Below are positions 30,322 to 39,776 of a stretch of 64,000 nt of DNA, one piece after another. A program made the position numbers and the translations under genes. Position 1 is the first letter of the stretch; every line of letters begins with the position of its first letter. The notes under the pieces are model-generated. The model did not search any database, had not been told where the DNA came from, and was given only the letters and a program-made list of their open reading frames with translations. Source of the DNA: an uncultured Acidimicrobiales bacterium (GTDB taxonomy: Bacteria; Actinomycetota; Acidimicrobiia; Acidimicrobiales; UBA10347); assembly GCA_943788915.1 (NCBI GenBank), contig CALSSD010000004.1:1-64000 (forward strand). Direction: 5' to 3'.

Positions 30322-31260
30322 ATGTACGAAGGGATAAGCGACGTGAGCACAGCGAACGCAGCAGCGACACTGGCAGACATCGAAGACAACGAGCCGGTCG
30401 GCAACACGATGACGCCCGCCGAGATCAATGCGTTGATCGAGGCGCACGTACCACTGGTCAAGCACATCGTCTTCCAGGTGGCCGTCCATTTCCCTCGCCA
30501 CGTCGAACGTGAAGAGCTCGCACGAGCTGGCGCCCTCGGTCTGGTTGAAGCAGCCCAGCGTTACAGCCCAGAACGTGGCATTCCATTCCAGCGCTTCGCC
30601 GCCCGCCGAGTCCGTGGTGCCATGCTCGACTCTGTTCGTGCCGCCGACTGGGCGCCTCGTTCCGTTCGTCGCCTGTCGCGCCGGTTCGATGCAATGGAAC
30701 AACAACTCGCCAGCGAACTGGGCCGAGCACCTCGTACCAAAGAAACCGCCGAAGCTCTCGGCATGAAGCCAGCCGAAGTATCCAAACTTCGTTCCCAGCT
30801 TTATCGTTCGGTTGTTCTTGCCCTAGAACACGATGTCCATGGAGAGAACGGCGAAGAGCTGAACCTCCTCGATGTTCTCCCTGACCAGGCCAACCTTGAA
30901 CCCGATGAGCAGCTCGAAGGCCGCGAACTCTACGCCTACCTCCAAGATGCCATCTCGCTGTTGCCCGAGCGACACCGTTTGGTGATCGTGGGTTACTTCC
31001 TCGAGGAGAAAACTTCGGTCGACCTCGCCCGGTTCTTGGGCGTCACCGAGTCTCGGGTTTCGCAGCTCCGCTCCGATGCTATTGAAATGCTTCGCCTAGG
31101 CATCACCTCGCAGTATGAGGATGCTCCTGCAGAACCGGAGACCGGCCGTCGGGCCGAACGTCGTAAGCAGTACGCCAACGCCATTGGTGAAGCAAGCGAC
31201 TGGCGTGACCGTCTCGACGAAGGCGCCGATCTCAGCACCCGCATTCGCAGCGTTCTGTAA
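30322..31260 (+). CDS. FliA/WhiG family (sigma-28) RNA polymerase sigma factor
   Basis: GALGLVEAAQRY, RVRGAMLDSVRAADWAPRSVR and region 4 LGVTESRVSQL. Confidence 0.93.
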   Translation: MYEGISDVSTANAAATLADIEDNEPVGNTMTPAEINALIEAHVPLVKHIVFQVAVHFPRHVEREELARAGALGLVEAAQRYSPERGIPFQRFAARRVRGAMLDSVRAADWAPRSVRRLSRRFDAMEQQLASELGRAPRTKETAEALGMKPAEVSKLRSQLYRSVVLALEHDVHGENGEELNLLDVLPDQANLEPDEQLEGRELYAYLQDAISLLPERHRLVIVGYFLEEKTSVDLARFLGVTESRVSQLRSDAIEMLRLGITSQYEDAPAEPETGRRAERRKQYANAIGEASDWRDRLDEGADLSTRIRSVL

Positions 31261-31266
31261 CATCGA

Positions 31267-32295
31267 TCAATCAGGGTCAGTGTTCTCGCTGACCCAGTTA
31301 TCGATAGTGACATACTGGTCAAAGAGCCAGTCGTTAAATGCGTCCTGATTCTGCGGGATCTGATCGCGCGGAATACGCCATGTCTCGACGATGATTGGGG
31401 TGTCGGCGAAAGGGTGGCCGATGATGTCCTTGATTGTTCCGAAGGACTCGAATCCGGTGTTTGCACACACCACGATGTCGGCTGTTGGTGCTCCTTGAAG
31501 AAGGGCATAGGCGCCGTGGGTCCGTGGCGGTAACACGTGTTGCAACGTCTTGGCACGATCTGCCAGATCGGGTCGACGTCGATTGATTCGTTCGATCTGC
31601 CGCTCAAAACGTGCGGGATTACGAAAGGTTCCTTCGGGAAAGATGATCGCGGCTGAGCGATGGTCCAGAATGCTGCCTATCTGTTCGATAGGCACGAGTT
31701 CACTGCTTCCCTCACCCGGTGTGCGCTTGATGAACCGGGTTGGGACTCGATGACCCACGATGTCGATGCATGGGGAATAACGCAGGCCATGGGTCACGAT
31801 GTGGTGAGCCAAGAGGTTGTTGCGTTGGCAAAGAATCGTCGCGGGAATGACGGCGTCGAAAAAGCTCGTGTGTCGCGCGATGCATATGACCGGGCCGGTG
31901 CTGAGATCGGCGTGATCCCGCCAGATGATCTTGGTGCCGAGCACCCGGGTAATCAACGTGAGCATGGACCGGGTGTACCAGCCGATCGAGCGGCGGTGCA
32001 TCTGCCATCGCCATCGGACAGGGCCAAGATGGCCAAAGCCGATGCTGATCCAGATGAGGAACGTCAGCGCCATGCTGACGGTTTCGATGACGAGTGCCCC
32101 GATCACGAGGGCGCTGAGGCGAAACGTGGGTAAGCGGCGTCGTCGCTGCAACAGATCTCGAGCAAGGGCAACCACCAAGATCACCGGGCTCGCGACGACA
32201 CCCACCACCGAGCCGATGACGACTATCGGGGCAATGCTGACCCGCCGGCCAACTCGACTATCCAGGAGCGTCAGAATCCGAGGCTTAGAGGACAA
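31267..32295 (-). CDS. PlsC-family acyltransferase with N-terminal TM helices
   Basis: RHTSFFD (HxxxxD) and IFPEGT motifs. It has its own candidate start, GGAG-7nt-TTG, at 32295. Confidence 0.85.
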   Translation of the reverse strand: MSSKPRILTLLDSRVGRRVSIAPIVVIGSVVGVVASPVILVVALARDLLQRRRRLPTFRLSALVIGALVIETVSMALTFLIWISIGFGHLGPVRWRWQMHRRSIGWYTRSMLTLITRVLGTKIIWRDHADLSTGPVICIARHTSFFDAVIPATILCQRNNLLAHHIVTHGLRYSPCIDIVGHRVPTRFIKRTPGEGSSELVPIEQIGSILDHRSAAIIFPEGTFRNPARFERQIERINRRRPDLADRAKTLQHVLPPRTHGAYALLQGAPTADIVVCANTGFESFGTIKDIIGHPFADTPIIVETWRIPRDQIPQNQDAFNDWLFDQYVTIDNWVSENTDPD

Positions 32296-33729
32296 CGCTG
32301 AACTCCACCGACGTTTCTTGCTATCGACGCTGTCGAGGCGAAGACGGACCGTCTCGCCAACCTCGGGCTGCTCGCGAATTGGTGCAAGCACTGCGGGGTC
32401 GTGCAGCTGGACCTTGGCCCCATTGCGGCTATGCGACAGGACCATGCCATCGAATATTTCACCGACGCGGCACCGCAGTGCAATTGTTTCGACGAAGTCC
32501 ACGCTGGCTCGTTCAAGCGCTCCGTCGCGCTGGCGGGCCGAGGTCATGATCGCTGGAAGTTGTTCGAGTGCTTCGAGTGCCCATGCGGGCGCTTCGATAC
32601 CGCCACAGTGCGCGAGCACGATTTCGTTCGCGAACCGGTCGCAGACTCGACGTAGTGGTGCAGTGACGTGGGCGTAGATGGCGGCGATTGCACCGTGCAG
32701 TGGTTGTTTGGGTACGTGGTGATCAAAGAAGGCTTCGTAACCGGCACCCCGGAAGCTGCGAGCCGCTCGTACGAGCAGTGCGGCCTCGCTGGGCGTATTC
32801 GGGTCCAAGGTTCGAACCCGGTCGGGATAACTGACCCCGTCGGGCCAATCGACGTCGAGCGCACGAGCAGCACGCCGGACCTGTTTCACCGTCTCCTTTT
32901 CTAGCGGTGGCAGGGTCCGGAGCAACCCATGACCAGCCTCGACCATGATCTGGCCAGCCGCCATGCCAGTCAGTAATGAGATCTGGGCGTTCCAGCCTTC
33001 GACTGGCATCGAGGTGTCATAGTGCAGTTCGTAATCACCATCGCCTCGTGGCGAGATTTCTTGAGCCGGGAGTTGCAGGCTGATCGCGCCACGATCGGCT
33101 TCGATCTGCTGACGTAGTTTGCCAATTTCTCGAAGCAGCTCGAGTGAAACCGTGCCGTCGTTGCCATCGATGCGGTCCTGTGCCTGACGGTAGGTCAGCT
33201 GCTCGCAGCTCCGCACCATGGCTCGACGAGCGGTGGCAGTGGTCTGATGGCCATCGGCGTCGAGGTCGATCTCCCACAACACCGCAGGTTTGATGGTCCC
33301 AGCCAGCAGACTTCCGGCGGACTCGTTGAGGGTTTTGGGATGGAGTGACGCCCGTTGGTCGGGGGAGTAGAGGGTGACACCGCGGGAACGGGCTTCGGTG
33401 TCGAGTGCACCGCCGGGTGCAACAAAACTCGCAACATCGGCAATGGCGTACCAGACTCGATAGCCGTCCTGGTGGCGTTCGGCTGCGAACGCCTGGTCGA
33501 GATCAATACTTCCCGGCGGATCAATCGTTCGCAAAGCCAGATCGGTCCGGTCAACCACGTGGGTGTTTGCACCGGGAGGTACCAGCGGACCTCGAGTGGT
33601 TACCGCCTCGGCCTCGGCAACTACTGCCTCAGGAAACGATGCGGGCACTTCAAGCTCACGCCGGATTGCAGCAAACCCTTGCTCTAGTTCGTTGTCGAAG
33701 GCCTGCCCAATGATTCGCAACGATGCCAT
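32285..33729 (-). CDS. RNB-domain (RNase II/R family) exoribonuclease with a probable 1-nt deletion near its 3' end
   Basis: TIDPPGSIDLDQA, AIADVA and YAHVTAPLRRVCDR motifs. Adding one G at ~32308 restores ...KRRVEFSVVL-stop. Confidence 0.88.
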
Positions 33730-33862
33730 AGCTCACCAACGTAGACCTCGTGGCTAAACGACATAGGTATCAATTGAGAACATCCGGCTAAGATCTTGCG
33801 GGCTGCAAGTGGGACGTAGGCCGCATGCAAGTGCGCCTGGAAGTAATAGAGACGGGATCTAT

Positions 33863-34507
33863 ATGCATTGGCGCCAGCGACTCGAGGATGTGCATCCTCG
33901 TCTGGTAGAGGCGGTCTTGGCACGAACGGTTGAGCGCAGTTACAGCGCCGACATGGTTCTATGCCGTGAAGGCGATGCGCCCGACGGCATGTATTTATTG
34001 GAGCAAGGACGGGTGCTCGTTCAGTCGCTGACCATCGACGGTGCTGCTGTTGGCTTGAGTGTGGTTGACGAGGGTGATGTCGTAGGTGAGCAGGCGTTGC
34101 TTGCCCAGACGGCGCGTAGCGCAACCGTTACGGCGGTTCGTCCAACGATCGTCCGGTTATTGCGACCAACACAATTCCGTGAACTCCGTGCCGAGCGACC
34201 CGAGATTGACCAGTTTCTGGTCCAGGTGCTCGATGCACGATTGCGGGAGATGTCGAGGCGGTTGGCCGAAGCAGTTCATTCCAGTGCCGAGGAACGGGTC
34301 TGTCGACGAGTTTTGGCGTTGGGTTCTGCGTTTGATGGAACCATCAGGTTGAGCCAGGCCTCGCTTGCCTCGCTTGCCGGAACTACCCGGCCCACGGTGA
34401 ACCGGGTGCTTCAGGATCTGGTTCGAGACGAAACGGTACGACTGCGACGCGCCCGCATCGAGGTTGTGAACCCAGAAGCTCTTGCGGCTCGGATACCGGC
34501 TCTCTAA
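33863..34507 (+). CDS. Crp/Fnr family transcriptional regulator
   Basis: cNMP-binding domain (GDVVGEQALL...RSATV) and HTH (SQASLASLAGTTRPTVNRVL). Confidence 0.93.
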   Translation: MHWRQRLEDVHPRLVEAVLARTVERSYSADMVLCREGDAPDGMYLLEQGRVLVQSLTIDGAAVGLSVVDEGDVVGEQALLAQTARSATVTAVRPTIVRLLRPTQFRELRAERPEIDQFLVQVLDARLREMSRRLAEAVHSSAEERVCRRVLALGSAFDGTIRLSQASLASLAGTTRPTVNRVLQDLVRDETVRLRRARIEVVNPEALAARIPAL

Positions 34508-35241
34508 CGGTCCGTCTCACCAACCGAGTTGTCGAGCGACGTGAGTTCGTCGACGACGATCTGCCAGCTGGCATGATCGGGGTTGATCACGTCGAAATGG
34601 TCGACTCCTTCCAGTACTTCGAGACGGTCGACGTGATCAGCAATCGCATAACTTTGCGCGAGTGGAACCGAGTCGTCGGTGTCGCCATGAATGAGTACGA
34701 CTCGTCCATGAAACGATGCAGGGTTCGGTTGTCCTGCCGCATAGTTCTCGGGCACGTCGTCGATGTCGCCACCAAAGAAGTTGGTGGTGGCATCAACACC
34801 GACTCGATTGCGATTGGCTGCAATCACGTCGGTGACTGCCGCAAGCCCAACCGTGAGTGCTGGTCTGGTTCCGGCATCGGGGCGGCTTGCGTTCCACAAT
34901 GCCAGATGACCACCTGCGGAATGGCCGATGACCACGAGCGCCGGCCAACCCGGATCACTCCAATCAGGACCTGTGACATGGTCAATCCCGGCCCGGACAT
35001 CTGTCAGGGTGGTGGGGTAACCGCCGCCGGTTGGCCCGACCCGTCGGTATTCAATGTTCCAGCTGGCATAACCGGCGTCGTAGAGCGACTCGGCGAGTGG
35101 GTGCATGAGGTCACAGTGGTACTGGTCACGCCAGAAGCCACCATGAACCAGCACCACCAACGGGCGAGCGTGCGAATTTGCAGGAGTGCGAAGTTCGCCA
35201 AACTGGTCGGGTAGTTCACCGTAGGCGTGGTGTGTACTCAT
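34504..35241 (-). CDS. Alpha/beta hydrolase (esterase-like)
   Basis: VHGGFW, NIEYRR, GHSAGG, HGDTDDSVP and DHF motifs. Confidence 0.92.
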   Translation of the reverse strand: MSTHHAYGELPDQFGELRTPANSHARPLVVLVHGGFWRDQYHCDLMHPLAESLYDAGYASWNIEYRRVGPTGGGYPTTLTDVRAGIDHVTGPDWSDPGWPALVVIGHSAGGHLALWNASRPDAGTRPALTVGLAAVTDVIAANRNRVGVDATTNFFGGDIDDVPENYAAGQPNPASFHGRVVLIHGDTDDSVPLAQSYAIADHVDRLEVLEGVDHFDVINPDHASWQIVVDELTSLDNSVGETDR

Positions 35242-35294
35242 GTGCATAGTTTGGCACCTGACCAAGGATGGGGTCCCCGACTACGGTGTGGAGC

Positions 35295-36137
35295 ATGGAA
35301 GATTTTGGCCCTCTTGTCTCTGCAGAGTGGTTGGCAGACAATCTCGACGCAGTGAAGCTGTTTGACTCGCGTTCCTATCTCGATGGGCGATCAGCCCCAG
35401 ATGCCTTTGTTGAGGGACACCTGCCGGGTGCGGTGTTTGTCAGTCTTGATGATGATCTGTCGGCACCGCCTTCGCAGCCCGGCGGTCGGCATCCCTTCCC
35501 AACACCAGCGGCGTTCGCCACGGCCATGGGACGGCTTGGTTACGCGGGAGCGAAGCCGGCGGTGATCTATGACGATGTTGGTGGTGGAATGGCCGCCCGG
35601 TTGTGGTTCATGCTGACGCTTCTCGACATTCCAGCAGCGATCCTTGATGGCGGTATGCATGCGTGGCATGGCGAACTTGAATCTGGAGCCGTCACTGCAA
35701 CACCAGCGGTCTTCGACGAGGATCCTTGGCCAACTGATCGGCTGATCAGTGCCGACCAGATCGCGGCTCGGATCAAGGCAGACGGTGTGGTCATCGATGC
35801 TCGGAACTCGTCGCGATATGTGGGTAAACCCAATCGGATCGACCCACGGTTCGGCCATGTACCGGGAGCAATCAACCTGGCATGGGAAGACAACATTGAT
35901 GATCTCACCGGGCTGATGTTGTCGGTCGATGACTTGCGGCACCGTTATGCCGAAGTGCTTGAGGGTTCCGAAACGGGTCAACGGCCGGCGGCGTATTGTG
36001 GGTCAGGGGTTACGGCCTGTCACGATTTGCTGGCGTTGACCATGCTCGGCGTCGAAGCAGATCTGTACGTCGGGTCGTGGAGCGAGTGGGGTGCCGACGA
36101 AACTCGGCCAGTCGAATCCGACGTTGTCGACGACTAA
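35295..36137 (+). CDS. sseA: Two-domain rhodanese / 3-mercaptopyruvate sulfurtransferase
   Basis: GHLPGA, GRHP, GHVPGA, YCGSGVTAC and YVGSWSEW motifs. Confidence 0.93.
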   Translation: MEDFGPLVSAEWLADNLDAVKLFDSRSYLDGRSAPDAFVEGHLPGAVFVSLDDDLSAPPSQPGGRHPFPTPAAFATAMGRLGYAGAKPAVIYDDVGGGMAARLWFMLTLLDIPAAILDGGMHAWHGELESGAVTATPAVFDEDPWPTDRLISADQIAARIKADGVVIDARNSSRYVGKPNRIDPRFGHVPGAINLAWEDNIDDLTGLMLSVDDLRHRYAEVLEGSETGQRPAAYCGSGVTACHDLLALTMLGVEADLYVGSWSEWGADETRPVESDVVDD

Positions 36138-36147
36138 CCGATCGGTG

Positions 36148-36801
36148 TTAGTTGCCGCCGTGTCCCTGCGAGTGGTGGTGGCGGCCGAAACCCTGCCCAT
36201 GGATCCCACCTCGGCCAAAGCCACCGCGACCAGCATCACGGCCATGAGACCCACGACGATCTTCAGGTCGTTCGCCGTTGACCCGGGAAAGAATGTCGTC
36301 GCGTAACGTTGCGAGTTTCTCGTCGGCGCGAGTCTGGTCGATATGACCGTCTGCTACCGCCTGATTGATGCGGTTGGTTATCTGGGCTTCGAGGTGGTCG
36401 ATCACGAGGTCGATATCGGTGCCGGCTGCCTCGGCAATGTCGGCGAGTGACGCTCCACTACGCAGATCAGTGGCTAGTTCTTCCACGGTTGTGCCAAGAA
36501 GTGCCGCGAGTTCTTGGGTCCGCTCGGCTCGGTCGGCTTGTCGGACTTCGCGCCTAGCGGAGCGGTCGACGATTCGAGCTCGGATTTCGTCGGCTCGTTC
36601 TTGGGTGATGACACCGTCGTCGACCCTGGACTGCAGCCGTTCCTCAAAACGCTGCATGCGGTCGGTTGGTGTTGGGGAGGAATCTTGGGTCTCGACCGTG
36701 TCGGTTTGCGCGTCAACAGACGTGGTGAGGGTCATGCCAGCACCCAGGGCCACCGAGGTGGCCAACGCGACGGCAGCAAACGTGGTGCGCATAGTGTTCA
36801 T
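36148..36801 (-). CDS. Hypothetical exported helical protein
   Basis: Signal-peptide-like N-terminus; two similar V(D/A)DGxIxQxRADE segments; Gly/His-rich tail. Confidence 0.75.
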   Translation of the reverse strand: MNTMRTTFAAVALATSVALGAGMTLTTSVDAQTDTVETQDSSPTPTDRMQRFEERLQSRVDDGVITQERADEIRARIVDRSARREVRQADRAERTQELAALLGTTVEELATDLRSGASLADIAEAAGTDIDLVIDHLEAQITNRINQAVADGHIDQTRADEKLATLRDDILSRVNGERPEDRRGSHGRDAGRGGFGRGGIHGQGFGRHHHSQGHGGN

Positions 36802-36845
36802 GTACCCATGCTGCTGCAGCAAAGTAAGCGCCAACCCACGGCAAC

Positions 36846-36863
36846 GTAAGAAACCTGTAAGAA
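36846..36863. promoter_or_regulatory. Tandem direct repeat GTAAGAA-N4-GTAAGAA, candidate OmpR/PhoB-family operator
   Basis: 11-bp period, 45-62 nt upstream of ATG 36801. Confidence 0.5.
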
Positions 36864-36966
36864 CTGGACGGGGAGTGCCCGGCTGATCTGGGTGGAGCGC
36901 CCCAGTTGATCTAGTGAGTGCTGCGTGCTAACGCAGTTTGCGCAGCGGGGGAAGCAAACAAAAGCA

Positions 36967-37746
36967 TCACAGGATCTGTGAGAGAAACAGCTTGGTGCGA
37001 TCTTCGGTTGGGTTGGTGAAGAAGTGTTCGGGTGTGCCCACCTCGACGATTTCACCGCTCTCCATGAAGATGATGCGGTCGGCGACCTCGCGAGCGAAAC
37101 CCATCTCGTGGGTGACGACCATCATGGTCATACCCGAACGAGCGAGTTCCTTCATGACGTCGAGTACTTCCTTGATCATTTCCGGGTCAAGAGCAGAGGT
37201 CGGCTCGTCGAACAACATGATGCGAGGTTCCATGGCCAGCGCACGGGCGATGGCAACTCGCTGTTGCTGGCCACCTGAGAGTTGACCGGGGAACTTGTCG
37301 GCCTGCTCGGGGATACCAACTCGTTCGAGGAGATCGGCCGCAAGTTGTTCGGCTTCGCCTCGAGGCTTTTTGCGTACCCACAGAGGTGCCAGCGTGATGT
37401 TGTCGCGTACGGTCAGGTGAGGAAACAGGTTGAAGCTCTGGAACACCATGCCGACTTCGCTGCGGATCCTTTCAATATTGCGCGTGTCGTTTGTCAGTTC
37501 TACGCCGTCGACGATGATTCGTCCGTTCTGGTGCTGTTCGAGACGGTTGATACAGCGGATCCAGGTCGACTTTCCCGAGCCTGACGGGCCCAGAACAACG
37601 ACTACTTCCTTTTCCTTGATGGTCGCGGTAACACCCTTGAGTGCCTGAAAGTCGCCGTACCATTTGTCGACACCGTCGCTGATGATCATGTCATCGCGAG
37701 CAGCTAGTTCTGAATTGACGGCGATGGTTGCATCTGCGTTTGTCAT
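36967..37746 (-). CDS. Polar amino-acid ABC transporter ATP-binding protein (AapP/BztD-like)
   Basis: [35 protein letters not shown] and VTHEMGFAR motifs. Confidence 0.96.
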   Translation of the reverse strand: MTNADATIAVNSELAARDDMIISDGVDKWYGDFQALKGVTATIKEKEVVVVLGPSGSGKSTWIRCINRLEQHQNGRIIVDGVELTNDTRNIERIRSEVGMVFQSFNLFPHLTVRDNITLAPLWVRKKPRGEAEQLAADLLERVGIPEQADKFPGQLSGGQQQRVAIARALAMEPRIMLFDEPTSALDPEMIKEVLDVMKELARSGMTMMVVTHEMGFAREVADRIIFMESGEIVEVGTPEHFFTNPTEDRTKLFLSQIL

Positions 37747-37753
37747 GGTTTCC

Positions 37754-39775
37754 TCATCGTTCGCCGACGCCGAGTTGCTTCTCGAGGCGCTGGCTGTACT
37801 TGGACATGGAGTAAGAGCCGATCCAATAGATCAGGCAAATGAAAAGTAGACCCTCGCGCTTGACGCCAAGGAACTCGGTTTGGCCGGGAATGTTGCTGTT
37901 AGCAACACGGAGGAAGTCGGTAAGACCCACAATGGAAAGCAGCGATGTTTCCTTGAAGGTGGCAATAACTGCGCCGACCAGGGGTGGAATCGAGACCCGA
38001 AGTGCCTGGGGCAAGATGATGAACCCGGTTCGTTGGACTGTCGTAAGACCAAGTGCATCACTGGCCTCGTATTGACCTTGGCGCACGGCCTGCAAACCAC
38101 CACGAATGTTCTCTGCCAGATATGCGGCCGAGAAGAGTGTGAACGCAATACCCGCCGATGCCAGGGCTGCGAGATCCATACCTTCGGGCAGGAAGAACTC
38201 GACGAACACGGCAAAGAAGAACAGGATGGTGATGAACGGGATACCGCGCACGACTTCGATGTAGATGGTGGACATCACCCGAAAGAGCGGCATACGCGAG
38301 GTGCGTCCGAGTGCCAGGATCACACCGAGCGGGAACGAGAAGATCATCGTGAAGACCGCAATGTAGATCGTGACGACAAAGCCGCCAGCGAACTGGTCGG
38401 GAGCCGCAACGGTCTCGGCCGTGTTGATCATGGTTGCCAGATAGTGGACGATGACCATTGCGCCCATCCAGCCCCAGACGGACCGCAGCCGTTGACGAGC
38501 GTCGCCTGCGAAGTTGTGGGCAGCCAAGGCGGCCAAGGCGAGCAGCAGGAAGCTAATACGAGCCTTCTGGAGCATGGCGTACCAACCGAAGAACGCCGCG
38601 ACCCAGTTGAAGACCGCAATACCCATCAACGCAGTTGCGATCAGTCGACCTCGTTCGCCAATTGCGGGGTTGGTGAGTATCCACATGATGAGTCCACCGC
38701 CGACCATGAAGGCCAGGGCCATGGGGATGTCGGTCGACCAGACGTGGGCCCAGTCAAGGTCAGGGTCTCGTAGGATGACGAAGTAGGTGACAAAGGGTGC
38801 CAACAGCGCAGAGAAGCCAATCAGAACCCGAGCCAGACCTGCCCGTTCTGTCTTGACAAGCGCTCGGCCGGCAACATAGGCGAGCACCAGCACGAACCAC
38901 AGAATGGTCCACGGGATGCGAGTGGTCGATGCGACCAGCCGATCGGGTTCAGAAATGAGAATGCCAGCGTCGTCTCGCCCATAGTGGCCCCATTGGTACC
39001 ACCACACCGATGAGATGAAGAGCCCGAGGAAACCAAACGTCAGCGGAATTGCCGGAATGAAGGTTGTTCGTCGCTTTATGTCGCCGAAGGCAAACCACAA
39101 GGCCGACCCGATTCCGAGTGCGAGCACGGCGATGATCCACCACCAGCCACGGTCGGACATGGCGCTACCAAACGATTCGCGCAGCAGCAGAGGGCTTTCG
39201 CCTTCAGCGAGGAGTGAGACACCCTCGTCGTCTCTGATCAGAAGCAGCCCGGTTTCAGATCGAGCGATTGGGCTGCCGTCGGGGAAGGACCAACGAGCCA
39301 AACCATCGGCATCCTTAAGCACCGAGGGTTCGCGAAGCAAGATGCCAACCACAAGTGACAGGCCAACACTAAAGAACCACATGCTGATGCGCTTGATCGA
39401 GAAACCTCGTCCGATCGACTTCATTAGCCCCATCGACATACCAGAGAGCACCAGCACGATGCCGAGGGTGATCCATATACGGTGATATTGGCTAGCCGGA
39501 TACGAGAAGGTGAACAGACCTCGCAGGTTGACCCGGACGCCCTCCCATCTGCGTTCTTCGCTGAAGACGAAGTTCAAGATCTGGCGATACGCGAAAAGCG
39601 TGAGCAGCGAGAAGAAGACCGTCAAGAACGCATTCGGAATCGATGAGAAGAGGTTCTTCTTGACCCATTCTCCGAACGGCAGGCTCGGTTCATCTGGTCG
39701 TTTCGCGTCTTCGGCGGCGACGTTTGCTAGCAGCTCAGCTGTCGCCTCGTCGAGGCGTTCTGTTCCCATCACCAT
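37754..39775 (-). CDS. Amino-acid ABC transporter permease (AapM/BztC-like, enlarged)
   Basis: WVKKNLFSS start, [32 protein letters not shown] and FKETSL motifs. Confidence 0.92.
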   Translation of the reverse strand: MVMGTERLDEATAELLANVAAEDAKRPDEPSLPFGEWVKKNLFSSIPNAFLTVFFSLLTLFAYRQILNFVFSEERRWEGVRVNLRGLFTFSYPASQYHRIWITLGIVLVLSGMSMGLMKSIGRGFSIKRISMWFFSVGLSLVVGILLREPSVLKDADGLARWSFPDGSPIARSETGLLLIRDDEGVSLLAEGESPLLLRESFGSAMSDRGWWWIIAVLALGIGSALWFAFGDIKRRTTFIPAIPLTFGFLGLFISSVWWYQWGHYGRDDAGILISEPDRLVASTTRIPWTILWFVLVLAYVAGRALVKTERAGLARVLIGFSALLAPFVTYFVILRDPDLDWAHVWSTDIPMALAFMVGGGLIMWILTNPAIGERGRLIATALMGIAVFNWVAAFFGWYAMLQKARISFLLLALAALAAHNFAGDARQRLRSVWGWMGAMVIVHYLATMINTAETVAAPDQFAGGFVVTIYIAVFTMIFSFPLGVILALGRTSRMPLFRVMSTIYIEVVRGIPFITILFFFAVFVEFFLPEGMDLAALASAGIAFTLFSAAYLAENIRGGLQAVRQGQYEASDALGLTTVQRTGFIILPQALRVSIPPLVGAVIATFKETSLLSIVGLTDFLRVANSNIPGQTEFLGVKREGLLFICLIYWIGSYSMSKYSQRLEKQLGVGER

Positions 39776-39776
39776 G

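Noticed and set aside
31267..33729. 820-aa RNase II-acyltransferase fusion as a novel protein
   Set aside because: A one-base correction gives a natural RNB C-terminus, and the acyltransferase has its own SD and TTG start.
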